Shown one piece after another: positions 24,601 through 38,350 of a DNA stretch of 64,000 bases (positions are counted from its first letter, which is position 1; every line of letters begins with the position of its first letter). A program made the translations under genes and the position numbers. The notes under the pieces are model-generated. The model saw only the letters and a list, made by a program, of their open reading frames with translations. It did no database searches and was not told the origin of the DNA. The DNA is from Euprymna scolopes (taxonomy: Eukaryota), in the NCBI GenBank assembly GCA_053919585.1, contig CM132790.1; one strand, 5' to 3'.

Positions 24601-27600
24601 GCTAGACCATTTCTATTTAGCAGAAGTTAGACCATTTCTATTTAGCGGAAGTCAGAAGATAAACCATTTCTGTTTAGCGGAAGTTTGACCATTTCTGTTT
24701 CGTGGAAGTTAAACCATTTCTGTTTAGCGGAAGTTAAACCATTTCTGTTTAGCGGAAGTTTGACCATTTCTGTTTAGTGGAAGTTAAACCATTTCTGTTT
24801 AGCGGAAGTTTGACCATTTCTGTTTAGTGGAAGTTAAACCATTTCTGTTTAGCAGAAGCCAGACCATTTCTGTTTAGCGGAAGTAAGATCATTTCTGTTT
24901 AGTGTAAGTCAGGTCATTTCTGTTTCACGGTAATTAAACCATTTCTGTTTATTGGAAGTCAGGCCATTTCTCTATGGTGGGAGTCAGGCCATTTTTTGTA
25001 TTGGAAGTTAGACCATTTCTATTTAGTGGAAATCAGGTCATTTCTATTTACGTGAAGTCAGGCCATTTCTCTTTGGTAGAAGCCAGGCCATTTTTGTTTA
25101 TTGGAAGTTAGACCATTTCTATTTAGTCGAAGTCCGGTCATTTCTGTTTAGTGGTGCCAGGATATTTCTGTTGCTTGGAAGGCGGGCCATTTCTGTTTGA
25201 TGAAAGCCAGGCCATTTTTGTTTATTGGGAATTAGACCATTTCTGTGTAGTGGAAGTAAAACCATCTCAGTTTAGTGGAAGTCAGGCCATGTCTGTTTAG
25301 TGGAAGTTAGGCTATTTCTGTTTAGTGAAAGTCAGACCATTTCTGTGTAGTGGAAGCCAGGCAATTTTTGTTTAGGTGAACGTAGAAGTTAGACCATTTC
25401 TGTTTAGCGGAAGTTAGACCATTTCTGTTTAGCAGAAGTTAGACCATTTCTGTTTAGCAGAAGTTAGACCATTTCTATTTAGTTACAGTTAGACCATTTC
25501 TGTGTAGTGGAAGTCAGGACCATTTTTGTATAGCGGAATTTTGACCATTTCTGTTTAGTAGAAGTTAGACCATTTCTCTTTAGTGGCAGTCAGGCCATTT
25601 CTGTTGAGTGGAGCCGCGCCAGTTTTGTTGTGTGGAAGTCAGGCCATTTCTATTTTGCAGAAGTTAGACCATTTCTGTTTATTGGAAGTCAGGCCATTTC
25701 TGTTTAATATAAGTTAGACTATTTCGGATCAGTGACAGTTAGGCCATTTTTGTTTAGTGGAAGTTAGACCATATCTGTTAAGTGGAAGTCAGGCCATTTC
25801 TGTTTAGTTGGAAGCCTGGCCATTTTTTTTTAGTAGATTTTAGACCATTTCTGTTTTGCGGAAGTTACATCATTTCTGTTCAGTGGAAGTCACCCCATTT
25901 CTGTTTAGTGGAAGTTAGACCATTTCGGTTCAGTGGAAGCTAGGCCATTTTAGTTTAGTTAAGATTATAACTGTTTAGTGGTAGTAATTCAATTTCTATT
26001 TGGTGGAAGTTAGATATTCTGTTTAGCAGAAGTTAGACCATTTCTGTTTAGTGGAATTTAGATGATTCTGTTCAGTGGAAGTCAGGACCACTTCTGTTTA
26101 GCAGAAGTTAGACCATTTCTGTTTCACTTCCACTTTCTGTTTCACTTCTTTTCACTTTCTGTTTCACTTCCACTAGGAAGTCCGGCCATTTCTGTTTACC
26201 GGAAGTTAGAACATTTCTGTTTAGCGGAAGTGAGACCATTTCTCTTTAATGGAAGTCAAGTCATTTTTGTTTAGTGGAGCCAGGCCATTTTTGTTTAGTG
26301 GAAGTTGGGCCATTTCTGTTTAGCGGAAGGTAGATCATTTCTGTTTAGCAGAAGTTAGACTATTTCTGTTTAGCAGAAGTTAGACAATTTCTCTGTAGCA
26401 GAAGTTAGACCATTTCTGTGTAGCAGGAGTTAGACCATTTCTGTTTAGTGGAAGTCCGGCCATTTCTGTTTACCGGAAGTTAGACCATTTCTTTTTTGCA
26501 AAAGTAGACCATTTCTGTTTAGCAGAAGGTAGGCTATTTCTGTGTAGCGGAAATTAGACCATGTCGGTTTTGCTAGAGTTTGACCATTTCTGTTTAGCGG
26601 AAGTTAGACCATTTCTCTCTAGTGGAAGTAAGGCCAGTTGAGCCACGCCATTTTTGTTTTGAGGAAATAAGGCCATTTCTGTTTTGTGGAAGTTAGAACA
26701 TTCCTGTTTAGTGGAAGCCAGACCTTTTCTGTTTAGTGAGAGTTAGACCATTTCTGTTTAGTGTAAGTTAGGTCATTTTTGTTTAACGGTAGTTAGACCA
26801 TTTCTGTTTAGTGGAAGTCAGGCCATTTCTCTTTGGTGGAAGTCAGACCATTTTGTTTTATTGGAATGTACACCATTTCTATTTCGTGGAAATCAGGTCA
26901 TTTCTGTTTACTGGAAGTTAGATCATTTCTATTTAGTGGAGGTCAGGTCGTTTCTGTTTAGTGGAAGTAAGACCTTTCTGTTGAAGTCAGACAATTTCTG
27001 TATAGTGGAAATTAGACCATTACTGTTCAGTTGGAAGTTAGACCATTTCTTTTCAGCTGAAGTTACAACATTTCTGCTTAGTGGAAATCAGGCCATTTCT
27101 GTTTAGCAGAAGTTAGGCCATTTCTGTTTAGCGGAAGTTAGACCATTTCTGTTTAGCAGAAGTAAGACCATTTCTGTATAGTTGAAGTTAGACCATTTCT
27201 GTATAGTTGAAGTTAGACCATTTCTGTTTATTAAAATTAGACCATTTTTGTTTAGTGGAAGTTAGACCATTTCTGTGTAATGGAAGTTAGACCATATCTG
27301 TTTAGTGGCAGTTAGACCATTTCTGTTTAGCAGAAGTTAGACTATTTCTCTTAAGTTGAAGTCAGGCCATTTCTGTTGAGTGGAACCACGCCATTTTTGT
27401 TTTGTGGAAGTCTGGCCATTTCTGTTTTGCGGAAGTTAGACCATTTCTGTTTATTGGAAGTCAGTCCATTTCTATTTAGTGGAAGTAAGACCATTTCGGT
27501 TCAGTGGAAGTTAGGCCATTTTAGTTTAGTGGAAGTTACACCATATCTGTTTAGTGGAAGTCAGGCGATTTCTCTTTGGTTGAAGCCAGGCCATTTTTTT

Positions 27601-30600
27601 TAGTGGAAGTTAGACCATTTCTGGGTAGCGGACATTAGACCATTTCTGTGTAGCGGAAGTTACATCATTTCTGTGTAGCGGAAGTTACATCATTTCTGTT
27701 TAGCGGAAGTTAGACCATTTCTGTTTAGTCTAAGTTAGACATTTCTGTTTAGTAGAAGTTAGACCATTTCTGTTTAGTTGAAGTTAGATAATTTCTGGTT
27801 AGTGGAAGTCAGGACCACTTCTTTTTAGCAGACGTTAGACCATTTCTGTTTAGTGGAAGTTGGACCATTTCTGTTTAGCGGAAGGTAGATCATTTCTGTT
27901 TAGCGGAAGTGAGACCATTTCTGTTTAGCGGAAGTGAGACCATTTCTCTTTAATGGAAGTCAAGTCATATTTGTGTAGTGGAGGCAGGCCATTTTTGTTT
28001 AGTGGAAGTCAGGCCATTTCTGTTTAGTGGAAGTCAGGTCATTTCTGTTTAGTGGAAGTTAGACCATTTCTGTTTGGTGGAAGTTAGACCATTTCTGTTT
28101 AGTGTAAGTTAGGTCATTTTTGTTTAGCGGTAGTTAGACAATTTCTGTTTAGTGGGAGTCAGGCTATTTCTCTGTGGTGGAAGCCAGGCCATGTTTGTTT
28201 ATTTGAAGTAAGACCAATTCTATTTAGTCGAAGTCCGGTCATTTCTGTTTAGTGGAGCAGGCCATTTCTTTTTATTGGAAGTCTAGCCATTTCTGTTTGG
28301 TGTAAGCTAGGCCATGTTTGTTTATTGGAAGTTAGACCATTTCTATTTAGTGGAGGTCAGGTCATTTCTGTTTAGTGGAAGTTCTGTTTTGCTTGAGTGA
28401 GAGCATTTCTGTTTAGCAGAAGTTAGACCATTTCTCTTTAGTTGCAGTCAGGCCATTTCTGCTGAGCGGAGCCACGAGATTTTTGTTTTGTGGAAGTCAG
28501 GCAATTTCTGTTTATTGGAAGTCAGGCCATTTCTGTTTAGTGGAAGTTAGACCATTTCGGTTCAGTTGAAGTTAGGCCATTTTAGGTTAGTTGACGTTAG
28601 ACCATATCTGTTTAGTGGAAGTCAGGGCTATTTCTCTTTGGTCGAAGCCAGGCCATTCTTTTAGTGGAAGTTAGACCATTTCTGTGTATCGGAAGTTACA
28701 TCATTTCTGTATAGTGGAAGTCACCCCATTTCTGTTTAGTGGAAGTTAGACCATTTTTGTTTAATGGAAGTTAGATAATTTCTGTTTAGTTGTAACTCAG
28801 GACCACTTCTGTTTAGCAGACGTTAGACCATTTCTGTTTAGTGGAAGTTGGACCATTTCTGTTTAGCGGAAGGTAGATCATTTCTGTTTAGCAGAAGTAA
28901 GACTATTCCTGTTTAGCAGAAGTTAGACCATTTCTGTGTAGCAGAAGTAAGACTATTTCTGTTTACCAGAAGGAATACCATTTCTGTTTAGCGGAAGTGA
29001 GACCATTTCTGTTTAGCGGAAGTGAGACCATTTCTCTTTAATGGAAGTCAAGTCATATTTGTGTAGTGAAGGCAGGCCATTTTTGTTTAGTGGAAGTCAG
29101 GTCATTTCTGTTTAGCGGAAGTTAGACCATTTCTTTCTGGTGGAAGTCAGACCATTTCTGTTTAGTGTAAGTCAGGTCATTTCTGCCTATTGGAAGTTAG
29201 ACCATTTCTATTTAGCGGAAGAGGCTATTTCTGTTTAGTGGAAGTTAAACCACTTCCGTTTAGTGGAAGTCAGGTCATTTCTGCTTCGCAGAAGTTAGAC
29301 CATTTCTGTTTAGCAGAAGGTAGACCATTTCTGTTTTTTTGAAGTTAGACCATTTCTGTGTTGCGGAAGTTACATCATTTCTGTATAGTGGAAGTCACCC
29401 CATTTCTGTTTAGTGGAAGTTAGACCATTTCGGTTCAGTGGAAGCAAGGCCTGTTTAGTTAAGTTAGACCATAACAGTTTAGTGGCAGTCAGGCAATTTC
29501 TGTTTGGTGGAAGTTAGATAATTTCTGTTTAGTTGAAGTCAGGACCACTTCTTTTTAGCAGACGTTAGACCATTTCTGTTTAGTGGAAGTTGCACCATTT
29601 CTGTGTAGCGGAAGGTAGATCATTTCTGTTTAGCAGAAGTTAGACTATTTATGTTAGACCATTGCTGTGTAGCAGAAGTTAGACCATTTCTGTTTAGCGG
29701 AAGTTAGACCATTTCTGTTTACCGAAAGTTAGACCATTTCTGTTTAGCGGAAGTGAGACCATTTCTGTTTAGCCGAAGTGTGACCATTTCTCTTTAATGG
29801 AAGTCAAGTCATTTTTGTGTAGTGGAGCCAGGCCATTTTTGTTTAGTGGAAGTTAGACCATTTCTGTTTAGTGGAAGTCAGGTCATTTCTGTTTAGCAGA
29901 AGTTAGACCATTTCTGTTAAGTGGAAGTTAGACCATTTCTGTTTAGTGTAAGTCAGGTAATTTCTGTCTATTGGAAGTTAGACCATTTCTATTTAGCGTA
30001 AGTCAGACTATTTCTGTTTAGTGGAAGTTTGACCTTTCTGTTTAATGGAAGTTAGACCATATCTGTTTAGTTGAAGTTAGACCATTTCTGGTTAGCAGAA
30101 GTTAGACCATTTCTCTTTAGTTGAAGTAAGGCTATTTCTGTTTGGTGGAAGCTAGGCCATGTTTGTTTATTGGAAGGTAGACCATTTCTGTTTAGTGGAA
30201 GTTTTGTTTTGCTTGAGTGAGAGCATTTCTGTTTCGCAGAAGTTAGACCATTTCTCTGTAGTTGCAGTCAGGCCATTTCTGCTGAGGGGAGCCACGATAT
30301 TTTTGTTTTGTGAAAGTCAGGCCATTTCTGTTTATTGGAAGTCAGGCCATTTCTGTTTAGTTGAAGTTAGACCATTTCGGTTCAGTTGAAGTTAGGCCAT
30401 TTTAGGTTAGTTGAAGTTAGACCATATCTGTTTAGTGGAAGTAAGGGCTATTTCTCTTTGGTCGAAGCTAGGCCATTTTTTTAGTGGAAGTTAGACCATT
30501 TCTGTTTTGCAGATGTTAGACCATTTCTGTGTAGCGGAAGTCACCCCATTTCTGTTTAGTGGAAGTTAGACCATTTCAGTCTAGTGGGAGCAAGACTTTT

Positions 30601-33600
30601 TAGTTTAGTAAAGTTAGACCATTACTGTTTAGTGGCAGTCAGGCAATTTCTGTTTGGTGGAAGTTAGACAGTTCTGTTTAGAAGAAGTTAGACCATTTTT
30701 GTTCAGTGGAAGTTGGACCTTTCTGTTTAGTGGAAGGTAGATCATTTCTGTTTAGCAGAAGTTAGACTATTTCTGTTTAGCAGGTGTAAGACCATTTCTG
30801 TGTAGCAGAAGTTAGACCATTTCTGTTTAGCGGAAGTTAGACCACTTCTGTTTAGTGGAAGTCAGGTCATTTCTGCTTAGCGGAAGTTAGACCATTTCTG
30901 TTTAGCAGAAGTTAGACCATTTCTGTTTAGTTTCAGTGAGACCATTTCGGTTCATTGGAAGCTATGCTATTTTAGTTTAGTGGAAGCTAGGCCATTTTAG
31001 TTTAGTGGAAGTTAGACCATAACTGTTTAGTGGAAGTCAGGCAATTTCTGTTTGGTGGAAGTTAGACATTTCTGTTTAGCAGAAGTTAGATCATTTTTGC
31101 TTAGTGGAAGTCAGGACCACTTCTGTTTAGCAGACGTTTGACCATTTGTGTTTAGTGAAGTTAGATAATTTCTGTTTAGTGGAAGTCAGGACCACTTCTG
31201 TGTAGCAGACGTTAGACCATTTGTGTTTAGTGGAAGGTAGATCATTTCTGTTTAGCAGAAGTTAGACTATTTCTGTTTAGCAGAAGGTAGACAATTTCTG
31301 TGTAGCAGAAGTGAGACCATTTCTGTTTACCGGAAGTTAGACCATTTCTGTGTAGCGGAAGTTAGACCATTTCTGTTTAGCGGAAGTGAGACCATTTCTC
31401 TTAAATGGAAGTCAAGTCATTTTTGTGTAGTGGAGCTAGGCCATTTTTGTTTAGTGAAAGTTAGACAATTTCTGATTGGTGGAAGTTAGTTCATTTTTAT
31501 TTAGCTGTAGTTAGACCATTTCTGTTTAGTGTGAGTCCGGCCATTTCTCTTTGGTGGAAGCCAAGCCATGTTTATTTATTGGAAGTTATACAATTCTATT
31601 TAGTCGAAGTCCGGCCATTTCTGTTTAGTGGAGCAGGCCATTTCTGTTGATTGGAAGTCAGGCCATTTCCGTTTGGTTGAAGCTAGGCCATGTTTGTTTA
31701 TTGGAAGTTAGACCATTTCTATTTAGTGGAGGTCAGGTCATTTCTGTTTAGTGGAAGTTTGTTTTGCTTGAGTGAGAGCATTTCTGTTTAGCAGAAGGTA
31801 GACCATTTCTCTTTAGTTGAAGTCAGGCCGTTTCTGCTGAGCGGAGCCACGATATTTTTGTTTTGTGGAAGTCAGGCCATTTCTGTTTATAGGAAGTCAG
31901 GCCATTTCTGTTTAGTGGAAGTTAGACCATTTCGGTGCAGTTGAAGTTAGGCCATTTTAGGTTAGTTGAAGTTAGACCATATCTGTTTAGTGTATGTCAG
32001 GGCTATTGCTCTTTGGTCGAAGCCAGGCCATTTTTTTTTGTGGAAGTTAGACCATTTCTGTTTTGCGGATGTTAGAACTTTTCTGTTTTGCGGATGTTAG
32101 ACCATTTCTGTGTAGCGGAAGTCACCCCATTTCTGTTTAGTGGAAGTTAGACCATTTCAGTTCAGTGGAAGCTAGACCTTTTTAGTTTAGTTAAGTTAGA
32201 TCATAACTGTTTAGTTGCAGTCAGGCAATTTCTGTTTGGTGGAAGTTAGACAGTTCTGTTTAGCAGAAGTTTGACCATTTCTGTTTAGTGGAAGTCAGGA
32301 CCACTTCTGTTTAGCAGACGTTAGACCATTTCTGTTTAGTGGAAGTTGGACCTTTTCTGTTTAGTGGAAGGTAGATCATTTCTGTTTAGCAGAAGTTAGA
32401 CTATTTATGTTTAGCAGGAGTTAGACCATTTCTGTGTAGCAGAAGTGAGACCCTTTCTGTTTAGGTGAAGTGTGACCATTTCTGTTTAGCGGAAGTTAGA
32501 CCATTTCTGTTTAGCGGAAGTTAGACCATTTCTGTTCAGCGGAAGTGAGACCATTTCTCTTTAATGGAAGTCAAGTCATTTTTGTGTAGTTGAGCCAGGC
32601 TATTTTTGTTTATTGGAAGTTAGACCATTTCTGTTTTGTGGAAGTAAGGTCATTTCTTTTTAGCGGAAGTTAGACCATTTCTGTTTAGTGCAACAAAGAC
32701 CATGTCTGTTTAGTGAAATTTAGACCATGTCTGGTTAGTGTAAGTCAGGACATTTCTGTCTATTGGAAGTTAGACCATTTCTATTTAGCGGAAGTCAGGC
32801 TATTTCTGTTTAGTGGAAGTTAGACCATTTCTGTTTAATGGGAGTTAGACCATATCTGTTTAGTGGAAGTTATACCATTTCTGTTTAGCAGAAGTTAGAC
32901 AATTTCTCTTTAGTTGAAGTAAGGCCATTTCTGTTGAGTGGAGCCACGCCATTTTTGGTTTGTAGAAGTCAGGCCATTTCTGTTTTGCGGAAGTTAGACC
33001 ATTTCTGTTTATTGGAAGTCAGGCCATTTCTATTTAGCGGAAGTCAAACCATTTCGGTTCAGTGGCAGTTAGGCCATTTTAGTTTAGTGGAAGTTACACC
33101 ATATCTGTTTAGTGGAAGTCAGGCGATTTCTCTGTGGTCGAAGCCAGGCCATTTTTTTAGTGGAAGTTAGACCATTTCTGTGTTACGGAAGTTAGACCAT
33201 TTCTGTGTAGTTGAAGTTACATCATTTCTGTGTAGCGGAAGTTACATAATTTCTGTTTAGTGGAAGTCACCCCATTTCTGTTTAGTGGGAGTTAGACCAT
33301 TTCGTTTCAGTTGAAGCTAGACCTTTTTAGTTAAGTTAAGTTAGTCCATAACTGTTTAGTGGTAGTCATGCAATTTCTGTTTGGTGGAAGTTAGACATTT
33401 CTTTTTAGCTTTTTTTGTTTATTGGAAGTTAGACCAACTCTATTTAGTCAAAATCCGGCCATTCCTGTTTAGTGGAGCCAGGCCATTTCTGTTGATTGGA
33501 AGTCAGACCATTTCTGTATGATGGAAGCTATGCCATGTTTGTTTATTGGAAGTTAGACCATTTCTATTTAGTGGAGGTCAGGTCATTTCTGTTTAGTGGA

Positions 33601-36281
33601 AGTTCTGTTTTGCTTGAGTTAGAGCATTTCTGTTTAGCAGAAGTTAGACCATTTCTCTTTAGTTGAAGTCAGGCCATTTCTGTGAGCGGAGCCACGCCAT
33701 TTTTGTTTTGTGGAAGTCAGGCCATTTCTGTTTATTGGAAGTCAGGCCATTTCTGTTTAGTGGAAGTTAGACCATTTCGGTTCAGTTGAAGTAAGGCCAT
33801 TTTAGTAAAGTGGTAGTTAGACCATATCTGTTTAGTGGAAGTCAGGGCTATTTCTCTTTGGTCGAAGCCATGCCATTTTTTTTAATGAAAGTTAGACCAT
33901 TTCTGTTTTGCGGAAGTTAGACCATTTCTGTGAAGTGGAAGTGACATCATTTCTGTTTAGTGGAAGTCACCCCATTTCTGTTTAGTGGAAGTTAGACCAT
34001 TTCGGTTCAGTGGAAGCTAGACCTTTTTAGTTTAGTTAAGTTAGACCATAACTGTTTAGTGGTAGTCAGGCAATTTCTGTTTGGTGGAAGTTAGACATTT
34101 CTGTTTAGCAGAAGTTAGAGCATTTCTGTTTAGTGGAAGTTAGATAATTTCTGTTTAGTGGAAGTCAGGACCACTTCTGTTTAGCAGACGTTATACCATT
34201 TCTGTTTAGTGGAAGTTGGACCTTTTCTGTTTAGCGGAAGGTAGATCATTTCTGTTTAGCAGAAGTTAGACTATTTCTGTTTTGCAGAAGTTAGACTATT
34301 TCTGTTTAGTAGAAGTTAGACCATTTCTGTTTACCGGAAGTTAGACCATTTCTGTTTAGCGGAAGTTAGACCATTTCTGTTAGCGGAAGTGAGACCATTT
34401 CTCTTTAATGGAAGTCAAGTCATTTTTGTGTAGTGGAGCCAGGCCATTTTTGTTTAGTGGAAGTTAGACCATTTCTGTTTAGTGGAAGTCAGGTAATTTC
34501 TGTTTAGCGGAAGTTAGACCATTTCTGTTTAGTGGAAGTTAGACCATTTCTGTTTAGTGTAAGTCAGGTCATTTCTGTCTATTGGAAGTTAGACCATTTC
34601 TATTTAGCGGAAGTCAGGCTATTTCTGTTTCGTGGAAGTTAGACCACTTCTGTTTAGTGGAAGTCAGGTAATTTCTGCTTAGCGGAAGTTAGACCATTTC
34701 TGTTTAGCAGAAGGTAGACCATTTCTGTTTTTTTGAAGTTAGACCAGTTTCTGTTTAGTGGAAGTTAGACTATTTCTGTTTACTGGAAGTGATGCCATTT
34801 TTGTTCAGTGGAAGTAAGCTTATTTCTGTTTAGCAGAAGTTAGACCATTTCTGTTTAGTTTAAGTTAGACCATTGCGATTCATTGGAAGCTATGCTATTT
34901 TAGTTTAGTGGAAGCTAGGCCATTTTAGTTTAGTGGAAGTTAGACTATAACTGTTTCGTGGAAGTCAGGCAATTTCTGTTTGGTGGAAGTTAGACATTTC
35001 TGTTTAGCAGAAGTTAGACCATTTCTGTTTAGTGGAAGTTAGATAATTTCTGGTAAGTGAAAGTCAGGACCACTTCTGTTTAGCAGACGTTAGACCATTT
35101 GTGTTTAGTGGAAGTTGGACCATTTCTGTTTAGCGGAAGGTAGATCATTTCTGTTTAGCAGAAGTTAGACCATTTCTGTGTAGCAGAAGTGAGACCATTT
35201 CTGTTTACCGGAAGTTAGACCATTTCTGTGTAGCGGAAGTTAGACCATTTCTGTTTTGCGGAAGTGAGATTATTTCTCTTTAATGGAAGTCAAGTCATTT
35301 TTGTGTAGTGGAGCTAGGCCATTTTTGTTTAGTGGAAGTTAGACCATTTCTGTTTAGTGGAAGTCATGTCATTTCTGTTTAGCGGAAGATAGACCATTTC
35401 TGTTTAGTTGAAGTTAGACCATTTCTGTTTAGTGTAAGTCAGGTCGTTTCTGTCTATTGGAAGTTGGACCATTTCTATTTAGCAGAAGTCAGGCTATTTC
35501 TGTTTAGTGGAAGTTAGACCATTTCTGTTTAGTGGAAGTCAGGTCATTTCTGCTTAGCGGAAGTTAGACTATTTCTGTGTAGCAGACGGTAGACCATTTC
35601 TGTTTTTTGAAGTTAGACCATTTCTCTTTAGTTGAAGTTATACCATTTCGGTTCATTGGAAGCTAGGCTATTTTAGTTTAGTTGAAGCTAGGCCATTTTA
35701 GTTTAGTGGAAGTTAAACCATAACTGTTTAGTGGAAGTCAGGCAATTTCTGTTTGGGTGAAGTTAGACTATTTCTGTTTAGGAGAAGGTAGACCGTTTCT
35801 GTTTATTTGAATTAGACCATTTCTGTAGCGGAGGTAGACCATTTCTGTTTAGTGGAAGTCAGGCCATTTCTGTTTAGTGGAAGTGTGGCTACTTCTGTTT
35901 AGTGAAAGTCAGACCATTTCTGTGTAGTGGAAGCCAAGCCATTTTTGTTTAGTGGAAGTTAGGCCATTTCTGTTTAGTAGAAGCCAGGCCATTTTTGTTT
36001 AGAGGAAGTTAGACCATTTTTTTTAGATGAAGTTAGACCATTTCTTTTTAGCAGAAGTTAAGCCATTTCTGTTTAGCAGAAGTTAGACCATTTCTGTTTA
36101 GCAGAAGTTAGACCATTTCTGTGTAGCGGAAGTCAGGTCATTTCTGTTGAGTGGAAGTCAGGCCATTTCTGTTTAGTCGAAGTAAGGCCATTTATGGGTA
36201 GCGGAAGTTATACCATTTCTGTTCAGTGGAAGTCAGGCCATTTCTGTGTAGTGAAAGTTAGGCCATTTCTGTTTAGCAGAA
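18661..36281. repeat. 25-bp satellite (consensus ~GAAGTTAGACCATTTCTGTTTAGTG), ~700 diverged monomers
   Basis: TTTCTG recurs at 18661, 18686, 18711...; units diverged, with recurring variant blocks. Confidence 0.99.
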
Positions 36282-36854
36282 ATTATATTGATGAAATGCC
36301 CCTTCTGATTTATACATATGAATAAAAGACAAATTCACATTAAATTTTCAGTTATAAACTGGAAACCGTTCTGTAAAAATTAATCAGAAGGTAAAACATT
36401 TTAAATTAAAAATTATTTGTATTGAAACTTTTAAAATATATTTTAGTATATAAATCCATTCTGAAAAAAAAAAACATTTCAAAGTAAAAACTAAACAAAT
36501 ATATTTTGATTATAACATTTTATGAAAAATAAAATTATTCCAAAATAAAATCATTTAAAAGTAAAGATTATTCTTTTATGTAAAATTTTAAAATTAAACT
36601 GGAATTATGTTATTTATTAATCACAAGACACTTTTCCTTGTAGAAATTTCCAGGTTGATTGGGGTTGCATTTAACTGGCTAGGGGAGATGCACGCCCAAA
36701 TCAAGGCAGAAAGCAAAGGAAAAGTACCATCTTCACTTGTCTTTCTGAGATTACCATAGCTCTACAATTTGGAGAGGCATGGTTGCTGATTCTGTTAAAA
36801 AAGCAGAGCCGCTGATGATTTGTTTTTTATTTTAGCTTTGTCTGCTAATATATA

Positions 36855-37065
36855 CAGTAGAACCCCGAGATATGGCATTAAGAATTAGTAACAAAATATG
36901 GTACAGTATATAATACACATGTATATAATCAAATAATATTATAAATATAAATAACACCGTCAGGCAGGACAAATACCATAACCAGGGGGCCAGAAAAACA
37001 TTGTATTCAACATTGTAACCTGAAAAAACTGTATCCTAAGGCCACTGTATCCCAGGGTTCTACTG
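36855..37065. mobile_element. pogo/Tigger-like MITE
   Basis: TIRs CAGTAGAACCCCGAGATA / TATCCCAGGGTTCTACTG flanked by TA on both sides; the empty-site paralogue TCTGCTAATGTATATTCGAATT is at ~37690. Confidence 0.8.
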
Positions 37066-37275
37066 TACTTGAATTTATTCTGCATTACTAGTTATAGAAA
37101 GTCCAATATACATATTGCTATTCAAGCTTAAAGATGTATCATTCCTGGAAAGTGTCTCATTTAAATATTCAATCAACCCTAACCAAACATATTTTGACGC
37201 ATATGGATATATATTACCAGTGCATTTAAAGCACAAATCATCAATCTAGCATTCACATGCTAATTTAACCTAAAC

Positions 37276-37464
37276 ATGGACAAACTCACTGAAGATAAAC
37301 CTTTCTCATCTCAAGTGCAGAACTCATCCTCAAGTGAATTTGATCTAACAACAAACATGCACAGCAACACTGAAGACAAACGTTATTCTTGTGAAGTGTG
37401 TTGCTTATCGTTTACAGTAAAATCCAATTTACAAATATTTGTTCATTCTCATAGAAAATGTTAA
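37276..37464 (+). pseudogene. Truncated paralogue of the ZNF N-terminus with one broken finger
   Basis: MDKLTEDKPFSSQVQ...KRYSCEVCCLSFTVKSNLQ aligns to the start of 38784-39623. Confidence 0.85.
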
Positions 37465-37936
37465 TATTCAAAATTTGTACAAATAAATATTTTTGTCATA
37501 ATATTTGGTTTCAACTTTGGTTGTTTGTTTATGTATATTTGAATTAATGTATTTGCTGTAAACTATTCCTCATTCTTTCCTTTCGGAACATTTGAATTAG
37601 AGATTAATTAATTACATGTGAAAATGAATATCACCACTGCCTTTAAGTTAAGGAAGTTAGTAAAATTTGTTTTTAATTTTGGTTATCTGTCTGCTAATGT
37701 ATATTCGAATTAATGTAACATAAAATCTTTTATTCATTCACAGGCCAAAAATGAAAATATCAAATGAAGAATTATGGAATAAAAAGCTTAATATTTTTGG
37801 AGCATATGGATAAATATTATGATTGCATTTAAACTCAAAAACATTGATCCAATATTTACATGCTATTCCAACCTAAAGATAAATATAATTCCTGGAAAAT
37901 GTTTTATCTAAATTAATCAACCAACTTTAACGAACC

Positions 37937-38059
37937 ATGGAAAAACTTACGGAAGATAATAAACCTTTTTCATCTTCAGTTGAAACAGACAAGTCCATTG
38001 CATTATCTCAGGTGCAGGAATCATCACCACCAAGTGAATGTGACCTTATGGTGAACTAG
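37937..38059 (+). pseudogene. Second truncated ZNF N-terminal duplicate (40 aa)
   Basis: MEKLTEDNKPFSSSVETDKSIALSQVQESSPPSECDLMVN*. Confidence 0.85.
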
Positions 38060-38138
38060 TTCAACCAGGTCATAAAGGGTTAATATTTTTGAAACATATG
38101 GATAAATATTATATCTGCATTCAAATTCCATAACAACA

Positions 38139-38240
38139 ATGGAAAAACTTGCTGAAGATAATAAACCTCTTTCGTCTTCATTTCAAATGGACAAGTACAT
38201 TGCATCATCCCAAGTGAAGGAATCATCGCCACCAAGTTAA
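38139..38240 (+). pseudogene. Third truncated ZNF N-terminal duplicate (33 aa)
   Basis: MEKLAEDNKPLSSSFQMDKYIASSQVKESSPPS* (GAA>TAA relative to the intact ORF). Confidence 0.85.
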
Positions 38241-38350
38241 TATGGTCTTACAACAAACATTATGAAATAAAAAGATGAATATTTTAAAGCATATGGATAA
38301 AAATATTTAAACTCCAAAACAATGATCTGGTATTTATATGCTATTCCAGC

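Noticed and set aside
21591-33170. Listed ORFs within the 25-bp satellite (EVRPFLFSGSQ...)
   Set aside because: Chance stop-free runs through a repeat whose length is not a multiple of 3.
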